From the human T2T-CHM13v2.0 reference genome, Homo sapiens, in the NCBI RefSeq assembly GCF_009914755.1, contig NC_060943.1: 64,000 nt of DNA. One strand, written 5' to 3'. Positions 1 to 11,558 of the stretch are shown here, one piece after another; the first letter of the stretch is position 1; each line of letters starts with the position of its first letter. The translations under genes were made by a program, and so were the position numbers. A model generated the notes under the pieces. That model did no database searches, was not told where the DNA came from, and saw nothing but the letters and a program-made list of their open reading frames with translations.

Positions 1-120
1 CAGAAACTCCTTTGTGATGTGTGCGTTCAACTCACAGAGTTCAACCTTTCTTTTCATAGAGCAGTTGGGAAACACTCTGTTTGTAAAGTCTGCAAGTGGA
101 TATTCAGACTTCTTTGAGGC

Positions 121-137
121 CTTCGTTGGAAGCGTGA
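121..137 (+). promoter_or_regulatory. Disrupted CENP-B box (CGGG>CGTG)
   Basis: CTTCGTTGGAAGCGTGA; G>T at 135 hits an essential base. Confidence 0.85.
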
Positions 138-460
138 TTTCTTCATATTCTGCTAGACAGAAGAATGCTCAGTAACTGCCTTGTGTTGTGTGTATTCAAC
201 TCACAGAGTTGAACGATCCTTTACACAGAGCAGACTTGAAACACTCTTTTTGTGGAATTTGCAAGTGGAGATTTCAGCCGCTTTGAGGTCAATGGTAGAA
301 TAGGAAATATCTTCCTATAGAAACTAGACAGAATGATTCTCAGAAACTCCTTTGTGATGTGTGCGTTCAACTCACAGAGTTCAACCTTTCTTTTCATAGA
401 GCAGTTGGGAAACACTCTGTTTGTAAAGTCTGCAAGTGGATATTCAGACTTCTTTGAGGC

Positions 461-477
461 CTTCGTTGGAAGCGGGA
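461..477 (+). promoter_or_regulatory. CENP-B box (representative; repeated every 340 bp, ~188 positions, ~184 intact by eye)
   Basis: CTTCGTTGGAAGCGGGA matches YTTCGTTGGAARCGGGA with all 9 essential bases (NTTCGNNNNANNCGGGN). Other intact variants: CTTCGTTGGAAACGGGA and TTTCGTTGGAAACGGGA. Confidence 0.95.
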
Positions 478-502
478 TTTCTTCATATTCTGCTAGACAG
501 AA

Positions 503-508
503 GAATTC
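503..508. other. EcoRI site defining the classical 340-bp alphoid dimer (representative)
   Basis: GAATTC within AAGAATTCTC once per dimer; lost in the first copy (GAATGC at 163-168). Confidence 0.9.
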
Positions 509-509
509 T

Positions 510-680
510 CAGTAACTGCCTTGTGTTGTGTGTATTCAACTCACAGAGTTGAACGATCCTTTACACAGAGCAGACTTGAAACACTCTTTTTGTGGAATTT
601 GCAAGTGGAGATTTCAGCCGCTTTGAGGTCAATGGTAGAATAGGAAATATCTTCCTATAGAAACTAGACAGAATGATTCT
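510..680 (+). repeat. Representative A-type (J1-like, box-less) monomer, 171 bp
   Basis: Homologous to the B monomer but has CAATGGTAGAATAGGAA (pJ-alpha-like position) where the B monomer has the CENP-B box; 169+171=340. Confidence 0.9.
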
Positions 681-2160
681 CAGAAACTCCTTTGTGATGT
701 GTGCGTTCAACTCACAGAGTTTATCCTTTCTTTTCATAGAGCAGTTAGGAAACACTCTGTTTGTAAAGTCTGCAAGTGGATATTCAGACATCCTTGAGGC
801 TTTCGTTGGAAACGGGATTTCTTCATATTCTGCTAGAAAGAAGAATTCTCAGTAACTTCCTTGTGTTGTGTGTATTCAACTCACAGAGTTGAACGATCCT
901 TTACACAGAGCAGACTTGAAACACTCTTTTTGTGGAATTTGCAAGTGGAGATTTCAGCCGCTTTGAGGTCAATGGTAGAATAGGAAATATCTTCCTATAG
1001 AAACTAGACAGAATGATTCTCAGAAACTCCTTTGTGATGTGTGCGTTCAACTCACAGAGTTTAACCTTTCTTTTCATAGAGCAGTTGGGAAACACTCTGT
1101 TTGTAAAGTCTGCAAGTGGATATTCAGACATCCTTGAGGCTTTCGTTGGAAACGGGATTTCTTCATATTCTGCTAGAAAGAAGAATTCTCAGTAACTTCC
1201 TTGTGTTGTGTGTATTCAACTCACAGAGTTGAACGATCCTTTACACAGAGCAGACTTGAAACACTCTTTTTGTGGAATTTGCAAGTGGAGATTTCAGCCG
1301 CTTTGAGTTCAATGGTAGAATAGGAAATATCTTCCTATAGAAAGTACACAGAATGATTCTCAGAAACTGCTTTGTGATGTGTGCGTTCAACTCACAGAGT
1401 TCAACCTTTCTTTTCATAGAGCAGTTGGGAAACACTCTGTTTGTAAAGTCTGCAAGTGGATATTCAGACTTCTTTGAGGCCTTCGTTGGAAGCGGGATTT
1501 CTTCATATTCTGCTAGACAGAAGAATTCTCAGTAACTTCCTTGTGTTGTGTGTATTCAACTCAAAGAGTTGAACGATCCTTTACACAGAGCAGACTTGAA
1601 ACACTCTTTTTGTGGAATTTGCAAGTGGAGATTTCAGCCGCTTTGAGGTCAATGGTAGAATAGGAAATATCTTCCTATAGAAACTAGACAGAATGATTCT
1701 CAGAAACTCCTTTGTGATGTGTGCGTTCAACTCACAGAGTTCAACCTTTCTTTTCATAGAGCAGTTGGGAAACACTCTGTTTGTAAAGTCTGCAAGTGGA
1801 TATTCAGACTTCTTTGAGGCCTTCGTTGGAAGCGGGATTTCTTCATGTTCTGCTAGACAGAAGAATTCTCAGAAACTTCCTTGTGTTGTGTGTTTTCAAC
1901 TCACAGAGTTGAACGATCCTTTACACAGAGCAGACTTGAAACACTCCTTTTGTGGAATTTGCAAGTGGAGATTTCAGCCGCTTTGAGGTCAATGGTAGAA
2001 TAGGAAATATCTTCCTATAGAAAGTAGACAGAATGATTCTCAGAAACTCCTTTGTGATGTGTGCGTTCAACTCACAGAGTTTAACCTTTCTTTTCATAGA
2101 GCAGTTAGGAAACACTCTGTTTGTAAAGTCTGCAAGTGGATATTCAGACCTCCTTGAGGC

Positions 2161-2177
2161 CTTCGTTGGAAACAGGA
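2161..2177 (+). promoter_or_regulatory. Disrupted CENP-B box (CGGG>CAGG)
   Basis: CTTCGTTGGAAACAGGA; G>A at 2174, a CpG transition at an essential base. Confidence 0.85.
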
Positions 2178-4420
2178 TTTCTTCATATTCTGCTAGACAG
2201 AAGAATTCTCAGTAACTTCCTTGTGTTGTGTGTATTCAACTCACAGAGTTGAACGATCCTTTACACAGAGCAGACTTGAAACACTCTTTTTGTGGAATTT
2301 GCAAGTGGAGATTTCAGCCGCTTTGAGTTCAATGGTAGAATAGGAAATATCTTCCTATAGAAACTAGACAGAATGATTCTCAGAAACTCCTTTGTGATGT
2401 GTGCGTTCAACTCACAGAGTTCAACCTTTCTTTTCATAGAGCAGTTGGGAAACACTGTGTTTGTAAAGTCTGCAAGTGGATATTCAGACTTCTTTGAGGC
2501 CTTCGTTGGAAGCGGGATTTCTTCATATTCTGCTAGACAGAAGAATTCTCAGTAACTGCCTTGTGTTGTGTGTATTCAACTCACAGAGTTGAACGATCCT
2601 TTACACAGAGCAGACTTGAAACACTCTTTTTGTGGAATTTGCAAGTGGAGATTTCAGCCGCTTTGAGGTCAATGGTAGAATAGGAAATATCTTCCTATAG
2701 AAACTAGACAGAATGATTCTCAGAAACTCCTTTGTGATGTGTGCGTTCAACTCACAGAGTTCAACCTTTCTTTTCATAGAGCAGTTGGGAAACACTCTGT
2801 TTGTAAAGTCTGCAAGTGGATATTCAGACTTCTTTGAGGCCTTCGTTGGAAGCGGGATTTCTTCATATTCTGCTAGACAGAAGAATTCTCAGTAACTGCC
2901 TTGTGTTGTGTGTATTCAACTCACAGAGTTGAACGATCCTTTACACAGAGCAGACTTGAAACACTCTTTTTGTGGAATTTGCAAGTGGAGATTTCAGCCG
3001 CTTTGAGGTCAATGGTAGAATAGGAAATATCTTCCTATAGAAACTAGACAGAATGATTCTCAGAAACTCCTTTGTGATGTGTGCGTTCAACTCACAGAGT
3101 TTAACCTTTCTTTTCATAGAGCAGTTAGGAAACACTCTGTTTGTAAAGTCTGCAAGTGGATATTCAGACATCCTTGAGGCTTTCGTTGGAAACGGGATTT
3201 CTTCATATTCTGCTAGAAAGAAGAATTCTCAGTAACTTCCTTGTGTTGTGTGTATTCAACTCACAGAGTTGAACGATCCTTTACACAGAGCAGACTTGAA
3301 ACACTCTTTTTGTGGAATTTGCAAGTGGAGATTTCAGCCGCTTTGAGGTCAATGGTAGAATAGGAAATATCTTCCTATAGAAACTAGACAGAATGATTCT
3401 CAGAAACTTCTTTGTGATGTGTGCGTTCAACTCACACAGTTTAACCTTTCTTTTCATAGAGCAGTTAGGAAACACTCTGTTTGTAAAGTCTGCAAGTGGA
3501 TATTCAGACCTCCTTGAGGCCTTCGTTGGAAACGGGATTTCTTCATATTATGCTAGACAGAAGAATTCTCAGTAACTTCCTTGTGTTGTGTGTATTCAAC
3601 TCACAGAGTTGAACGAGCCTTTACACAGAGCAGACTTGAAACACTCTTTTTGTGGAATTTGCAAGTGGATATTTCAGCCGCTTTGAGTTCAATGGTAGAA
3701 TAGGAAATATCTTCCTATAGAAACTAGACAGAATGATTCTCAGAAACTCCTTTGTGATGTGTGCGTTCAACTCACAGAGTTCAACCTTTCTTTTCATAGA
3801 GCAGTTGGGAAACACTCTGTTTGTAAACTCTGCAAGTGGATATTCAGACTTCTTTGAGGCCTTCGTTGGAAGCGGGATTTCTTCATGTTCTGCTAGACAG
3901 AAGAATTCTCAGAAACTTCCTTGTGTTGTGTGTTTTCAACTCACAGAGTTGAACGATCCTTTACACAGAGCAGACTTGAAACACTCCTTTTGTGGAATTT
4001 GCAAGTGGAGATTTCAGCCGCTTTGAGGTCAATGGTAGAATAGGAAATATCTTCCTATAGAAAGTAGACAGAATGATTCTCAGAAACTCCTTTGTGATGT
4101 GTGCGTTCAACTCACAGAGTTTAACCTTTCTTTTCATAGAGCAGTTAGGAAACACTCTGTTTGTAAAGTCTGCAAGTGGATATTCAGACCTCCTTGAGGC
4201 CTTCGTTGGAAGCGGGATTTCTTCATGTTCAGCTAGACAGAAGAATTCTCAGAAACTTCCTTGTGTTGTGTGTTTTCAACTCACAGAGTTGAACGATCCT
4301 TTACACAGAGCAGACTTGAAACACTCCTTTTGTGGAATTTGCAAGTGGAGATTTCAGCCGCTTTGAGGTCAATGGTAGAATAGGAAATATCTTCCTATAG
4401 AAACTAGACAGAATGATTCT

Positions 4421-4759
4421 GAGAAATCCTTTGTGATGTGTGCGTTCAACTCACAGAGTTTAACCTTTCTTTTCATAGAGCAGTTAGTAAACACTCTGTT
4501 TTTAAAGTCTTCAAGTGGATATTCAGACCTCCTTGAGGCCTTCGTTGGAAACGGGATTTCTTCATATTATGCTAGACAGAGGAATTCTCAGGAACTTCCT
4601 TGTGTTGTGTGTATTCAACTCACAGAGTTGAACGATCCTTTACACAGAGCAGACTTGAAACACTCTTTTTGTGGAATTTGCAAGTGGAGATTTCAGCCGC
4701 TTTGAGTTCAAAGGTAGAATAGGAAATATCTTCCTATAGAAAGTACACAGAATGGTTCT
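4421..4759 (+). repeat. Divergent 339-bp dimer, copy 1 (1-bp deletion plus several private substitutions)
   Basis: GAGAAATCC instead of CAGAAACTCC; also TTAGTAA, TTTTAAAGTCTTCAAG, ACAGAGGAATTCTCAGGAAC and TTCAAAGG. Confidence 0.85.
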
Positions 4760-7700
4760 CAGAAACTGCTTTGTGATGTGTGCGTTCAACTCACAGAGTT
4801 CAACCTTTCTTTTCATAGAGCAGTTGGGAAACACTCTGTTTGTAAAGTCTGCAAGTGGATATTCAGACTTCTTTGAGGCCTTCGTTGGAAGCGGGATTTC
4901 TTCATATTCTGCTAGACAGAAGAATTCTCAGTAACTTCCTTGTGTTGTGTGTATTCAACTCACAGAATTGAACGATCCTTTACACAGAGCAGACTTGAAA
5001 CACTCTTTTTGTGGAATTTGCAAGTGGAGATTTCAGCCGCTTTGAGGTCAATGGTAGAATAGGAAATATCTTCCTATAGAAACTAGACAGAATGATTCTC
5101 AGAAACTCCTTTGTGATGTGTGCGTTCAACTCACAGAGTTCAACCTTTCTTTTCATAGAGCAGTTGGGAAACACTCTGTTTGTAAAGTCTGCAAGTGGAT
5201 ATTCAGACTTCTTTGAGGCCTTCGTTGGAAGCGGGATTTCTTCATGTTCTGCTAGACAGAAGAATTCTCAGAAACTTCCTTGTGTTGTGTGTTTTCAACT
5301 CACAGAGTTGAACGATCCTTTACACAGAGCAGACTTGAAACACTCCTTTTGTGGAATTTGCAAGTGGAGATTTCAGCCGCTTTGAGGTCAATGGTAGAAT
5401 AGGAAATATCTTCCTATAGAAAGTAGACAGAATGATTCTCAGAAACTCCTTTGTGATGTGTGCGTTCAACTCACAGAGTTTAACCTTTCTTTTCATAGAG
5501 CAGTTAGGAAACACTCTGTTTGTAAAGTCTGCAAGTGGATATTCAGACCTCCTTGAGGCCTTCGTTGGAAACGGGATTTCTTCATATTCTGCTAGACAGA
5601 AGAATTCTCAGTAACTTCCTTGTGTTGTGTGCATTCAACTCACAGAGTTGAACGATCCTTTACACAGAGCAGACTTGAAACACTCTTTTTGTGGAATTTG
5701 CAAGTGGAGATTTCAGCCGCTTTGAGTTCAATGGTAGAATAGGAAATATCTTCCTATAGAAACTAGACAGAATGATTCTCAGAAACTCCTTTGTGATGTG
5801 TGCGTTCAACTCACAGAGTTCAACCTTTCTTTTCATAGAGCAGTTGGGAAACACTCTGTTTGTAAAGTCTGCAAGTGGATATTCAGACTTCTTTGAGGCC
5901 TTCGTTGGAAGCGGGATTTCTTCATATTCTGCTAGACAGAAGAATTCTCAGTAACTGCCTTGTGTTGTGTGTATTCAACTCACAGAGTTGAACGATCCTT
6001 TACACAGAGCAGACTTGAAACACTCTTTTTGTGGAATTTGCAAGTGGAGATTTCAGCCGCTTTGAGGTCAATGGTAGAATAGGAAATATCTTCCTATAGA
6101 AACTAGACAGAATGATTCTCAGAAACTCCTTTGTGATGTGTGCGTTCAACTCACACAGTTTAACCTTTCTTTTCATAGAGCAGTTAGGAAACACTCTGTT
6201 TGTAAAGTCTGCAAGTGGATATTCAGACCTCCTTGAGGCCTTCGTTGGAAACGGGATTTCTTCATATTATGCTAGACAGAAGAATTCTCAGTAACTTCCT
6301 TGTGTTGTGTGTATTCAACTCACAGAGTTGAACGATCCTTTACACAGAGCAGACTTGAAACACTCTTTTTGTGGAATTTGCAAGTGGAGATTTCAGCCGC
6401 TTTGAGTTCAATGGTAGAATAGGAAATATCTTCCTATAGAAACTAGACAGAATGATTCTCAGAAACTCCTTTGTGATGTGTGCGTTCAACTCACAGAGTT
6501 CAACCTTTCTTTTCATAGAGCAGTTGGGAAACACTGTGTTTGTAAAGTCTGCAAGTGGATATTCAGACTTCTTTGAGGCCTTCGTTGGAAGCGGGATTTC
6601 TTCATGTTCTGCTAGACAGAAGAATTCTCAGAAACTTCCTTGTGTTGTGTGTTTTCAACTCACAGAGTTGAACGATCCTTTACACAGAGCAGACTTGAAA
6701 CACTCCTTTTGTGGAATTTGCAAGTGGAGATTTCAGCCGCTTTGAGGTCAATGGTAGAATAGGAAATATCTTCCTATAGAAAGTAGACAGAATGATTCTC
6801 AGAAACTCCTTTGTGATGTGTGCGTTCAACTCACAGAGTTTAACCTTTCTTTTCATAGAGCAGTTAGGAAACACTCTGTTTGTAAAGTCTGCAAGTGGAT
6901 ATTCAGACCTCCTTGAGGCCTTCGTTGGAAACGGGATTTCTTCATATTATGCTAGACAGAAGAATTCTCAGTAACTTCCTTGTGTTGTGTGTATTCAACT
7001 CACAGAGTTGAACGATCCTTTACACAGAGCAGACTTGAAACACTCTTTTTGTGGAATTTGCAAGTGGAGATTTCAGCCGCTGTGAGTTCAATGGTAGAAT
7101 AGGAAATATCTTCCTATAGAAACTAGACAGAATGATTCTCAGAAACTCCTTTGTGATGTGTGCGTTCAACTCACAGAGTTCAACCTTTCTTTTCATAGAG
7201 CAGTTGGGAAACACTCTGTTTGTAAAGTCTGCAAGTGGATATTCAGACTTCTTTGAGGCCTTCGTTGGAAGCGGGATTTCTTCATGTTCTGCTAGACAGA
7301 AGAATTCTCAGAAACTTCCTTGTGTTGTGTGTTTTCAACTCACAGAGTTGAACGATCCTTTACACAGAGCAGACTTGAAACACTCCTTTTGTGGAATTTG
7401 CAAGTGGAGATTTCAGCCGCTTTGAGGTCAATGGTAGAATAGGAAATATCTTCCTATAGAAACTAGACAGAATGATTCTCAGAAACTCCTTTGTGATGTG
7501 TGCGTTCAACTCACAGAGTTTAACCTTTCTTTTCATAGAGCAGTTAGGAAACACTCTGTTTGTAAAGTCTGCAAGTGGATATTCAGACATCCTTGAGGCT
7601 TTCGTTGGAAACGGGATTTCTTCATATTCTGCTAGAAAGAAGAATTCTCAGTAACTTCCTTGTGTTGTGTGTATTCAACTCACAGAGTTGAACGATCCTT

Positions 7701-8279
7701 TACACAGAGCAGACTTGAAACACTCTTTTTGTGGAATTTGCAAGTGGAGATTTCAGCCGCTTTGAGGTCAATGGTAGAATAGGAAATATCTTCCTATAGA
7801 AACTAGACAGAATGATTCTCAGAAACTCCTTTGTGATGTGTGCGTTCAACTCACAGAGTTTAACCTTTCTTTTCATAGAGCAGTTGGGAAACACTCTGTT
7901 TGTAAAGTCTGCAAGTAGATATTCAGACATCCTTGAGGCTTTCGTTGGAAACGGGATTTCTTCATATTCTGCTAGAAAGAAGAATTCTCAGTAACTTCCT
8001 TGTGTTGTGTGTATTCAACTCACAGAGTTGAACGATCCTTTACACAGAGCAGACTTGAAACACTCTTTTTGTGGAATTTGCAAGTGGAGATTTCAGCCGC
8101 TTTGAGGTCAATGGTAGAATAGGAAATATCTTCCTATAGAAACTAGACAGAATGATTCTCAGAAACTCCTTTGTGATGTATGCGTTCAACTCACAGAGTT
8201 TAACCTTTCTTTTCATAGAGCAGTTGGGAAACACTCTGTTTGTAAAGTCTGCAAGTGGATATTCAGACATCCTTGAGGC

Positions 8280-8296
8280 TTTCGTTGGAAAAGGGA
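8280..8296 (+). promoter_or_regulatory. Disrupted CENP-B box (CGGG>AGGG)
   Basis: TTTCGTTGGAAAAGGGA; C>A at 8292. Confidence 0.85.
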
Positions 8297-11219
8297 TTTC
8301 TTCATATTCTGCTAGAAAGAAGAATTCTCAGTAACTTCCTTGTGTTGTGTGTATTCAACTCACAGAGTTGAACGATCCTTTACACAGAGCAGACTTGAAA
8401 CACTCTTTTTGTGGAATTTGCAAGTGGAGATTTCAGCCGCTTTGAGGTCAATGGTAGAATAGGAAATATCTTCCTATAGAAACTAGACAGAATGATTCTC
8501 AGAAACTCCTTTGTGATGTGTGCGTTCAACTCACACAGTTTAACCTTTCTTTTCATAGAGCAGTTAGGAAACACTCTGTTTGTAAAGTCTGCAAGTGGAT
8601 ATTCAGACCTCCTTGAGGCCTTCGTTGGAAACGGGATTTCTTCATATTATGCTAGACAGAAGAATTCTCAGTAACTTCCTTGTGTTGTGTGTATTCAACT
8701 CACAGAGTTGAACGATCCTTTACACAGAGCAGACTTGAAACACTCTTTTTGTGGAATTTGCAAGTGGAGATTTCAGCCGCTTTGAGTTCAATGGTAGAAT
8801 AGGAAATATCTTCCTATAGAAACTAGACAGAATGGTTCTCAGAAACTCCTTTGTGATGTGTGCGTTCAACTCACAGAGTTCAACCTTTCTTTTCATAGAG
8901 CAGTTGGGAAACACTCTGTTTGTAAAGTCTGCAAGTGGATATTCAGACTTCTTTGAGGCCTTCGTTGGAAGCGGGATTTCTTCATGTTCTGCTAGAAAGA
9001 AGAATTCTCAGAAACTTCCTTGTGTTGTGTGTTTTCAACTCACAGAGTTGAACGATCCTTTACACAGAGCAGACTTGAAACACTCCTTTTGTGGAATTTG
9101 CAAGTGGAGATTTCAGCCGCTTTGAGGTCAATGGTAGAATAGGAAATATCTTCCTATAGAAAGTAGACAGAATGATTCTCAGAAACTCCTTTGTGATGTG
9201 TGCGTTCAACTCACAGAGTTTAACCTTTCTTTTCATAGAGCAGTTAGGAAACACTCTGTTTGTAAAGTCTGCAAGTGGATATTCAGACCTCCTTGAGGCC
9301 TTCGTTGGAAACGGGATTTCTTCATATTATGCTAGACAGAAGAATTCTCAGTAACTTCCTTGTGTTGTGTGTATTCAACTCACAGAGTTGAACGATCCTT
9401 TACACAGAGCAGACTTGAAACACTCTTTTTGTGAAATTTGCAAGTGGAGATTTCAGCCGCTGTGAGTTCAATGGTAGAATAGGAAATATCTTCCTATAGA
9501 AACTAGACAGAATGATTCTCAGAAACTCCTTTGTGATGTGTGCGTTCAACTCACAGAGTTCAACCTTTCTTTTCATAGAGCAGTTGGGAAACACTCTGTT
9601 TGTAAAGTCTGCAAGTGGATATTCAGACTTCTTTGAGGCCTTCGTTGGAAGCGGGATTTCTTCATATTCTGCTAGACAGAAGAATTCTCAGTAACTGCCT
9701 TGTGTTGTGTGTATTCAACTCACAGAGTTGAACGATCCTTTACACAGAGCAGACTTGAAACACTCTTTTTGTGGAATTTGCAAGTGGAGATTTCAGCCGC
9801 TTTGAGGTCAATGGTAGAATAGGAAATATCTTCCTATAGAAACTACACAGAATGATTCTCAGAAACTCCTTTGTGATGTGTGCGTTCAACTCACAGAGTT
9901 TAACCTTTCTTTTCATAGAGCAGTTAGGAAACACTCTGTTTGTAAAGTCTGCAAGTGGATATTCAGACATCCTTGAGGCTTTCGTTGGAAACGGGATTTC
10001 TTCATATTCTGCTAGAAAGAAGAATTCTCAGTAACTTCCTTGTGTTGTGTGTATTCAACTCACAGAGTTGAACGATCCTTTACACAGAGCAGACTTGAAA
10101 CACTCTTTTTGTGGAATTTGCAAGTGGAGATTTCAGCCGCTTTGAGGTCAATGGTAGAATAGGAAATATCTTCCTATAGAAACTAGACAGAATGATTCTC
10201 AGAAACTTCTTGGTGATGTGTGCGTTCAACTCACACAGTTTAACCTTTCTTTTCATAGAGCAGTTAGGAAACACTCTGTTTGTAAAGTCTGCAAGTGGAT
10301 ATTCAGACCTCCTTGAGGCCTTCGTTGGAAACGGGATTTCTTCATATTATGCTAGACAGAAGAATTCTCAGTAACTTCCTTGTGTTGTGTGTATTCAACT
10401 CACAGAGTTGAACGATCCTTTACACAGAGCAGACTTGAAACACTCTTTTTGTGGAATTTGCAAGTGGATATTTCAGCCGCTTTGAGTTCAATGGTAGAAT
10501 AGGAAATATCTTCCTATAGAAACTAGACAGAATGATTCTCAGAAACTCCTTTGTGATGTGTGCGTTCAACTCACAGAGTTCAACCTTTCTTTTCATAGAG
10601 CAGTTGGGAAACACTCTGTTTGTAAAGTCTGCAAGTGGATATTCAGACTTCTTTGAGGCCTTCGTTGGAAGCGGGATTTCTTCATGTTCTGCTAGACAGA
10701 AGAATTCTCAGAAACTTCCTTGTGTTGTGTGTTTTCAACTCACAGAGTTGAACGATCCTTTACACAGAGCAGACTTGAAACACTCCTTTTGTGGAATTTG
10801 CAAGTGGAGATTTCAGCCGCTTTGAGGTCAATGGTAGAATAGGAAATATCTTCCTATAGAAAGTAGACAGAATGATTCTCAGAAACTCCTTTGTGATGTG
10901 TGCGTTCAACTCACAGAGTTTAACCTTTCTTTTCATAGAGCAGTTAGGAAACACTCTGTTTGTAAAGTCTGCAAGTGGATATTCAGACCTCCTTGAGGCC
11001 TTCGTTGGAAGCGGGATTTCTTCATGTTCAGCTAGACAGAAGAATTCTCAGAAACTTCCTTGTGTTGTGTGTTTTCAACTCACAGAGTTGAACGATCCTT
11101 TACACAGAGCAGACTTGAAACACTCCTTTTGTGGAATTTGCAAGTGGAGATTTCAGCCGCTTTGAGGTCAATGGTAGAATAGGAAATATCTTCCTATAGA
11201 AACTAGACAGAATGATTCT

Positions 11220-11558
11220 GAGAAATCCTTTGTGATGTGTGCGTTCAACTCACAGAGTTTAACCTTTCTTTTCATAGAGCAGTTAGTAAACACTCTGTTT
11301 TTAAAGTCTTCAAGTGGATATTCAGACCTCCTTGAGGCCTTCGTTGGAAACGGGATTTCTTCATATTATGCTAGACAGAGGAATTCTCAGGAACTTCCTT
11401 GTGTTGTGTGTATTCAACTCACAGAGTTGAACGATCCTTTACACAGAGCAGACTTGAAACACTCTTTTTGTGGAATTTGCATGTGAAGATTTCAGCCGCT
11501 TTGAGTTCAAAGGTAGAATAGGAAATATCTTCCTATAGAAAGTACACAGAATGATTCT
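11220..11558 (+). repeat. Divergent 339-bp dimer, copy 2
   Basis: Same deletion and private substitutions as 4421-4759, offset 6799 bp (20 dimers minus 1). Confidence 0.85.

Larger units (their letters stand above)
341..509 (+). repeat. Representative B-type (J2-like, CENP-B box-bearing) monomer, 169 bp
   Basis: Runs from CAGAAACTCC (341) to just before the homologous CAGTAACT (510); contains CTTCGTTGGAAGCGGGA at 461-477. Monomer phase is arbitrary. Confidence 0.9.
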
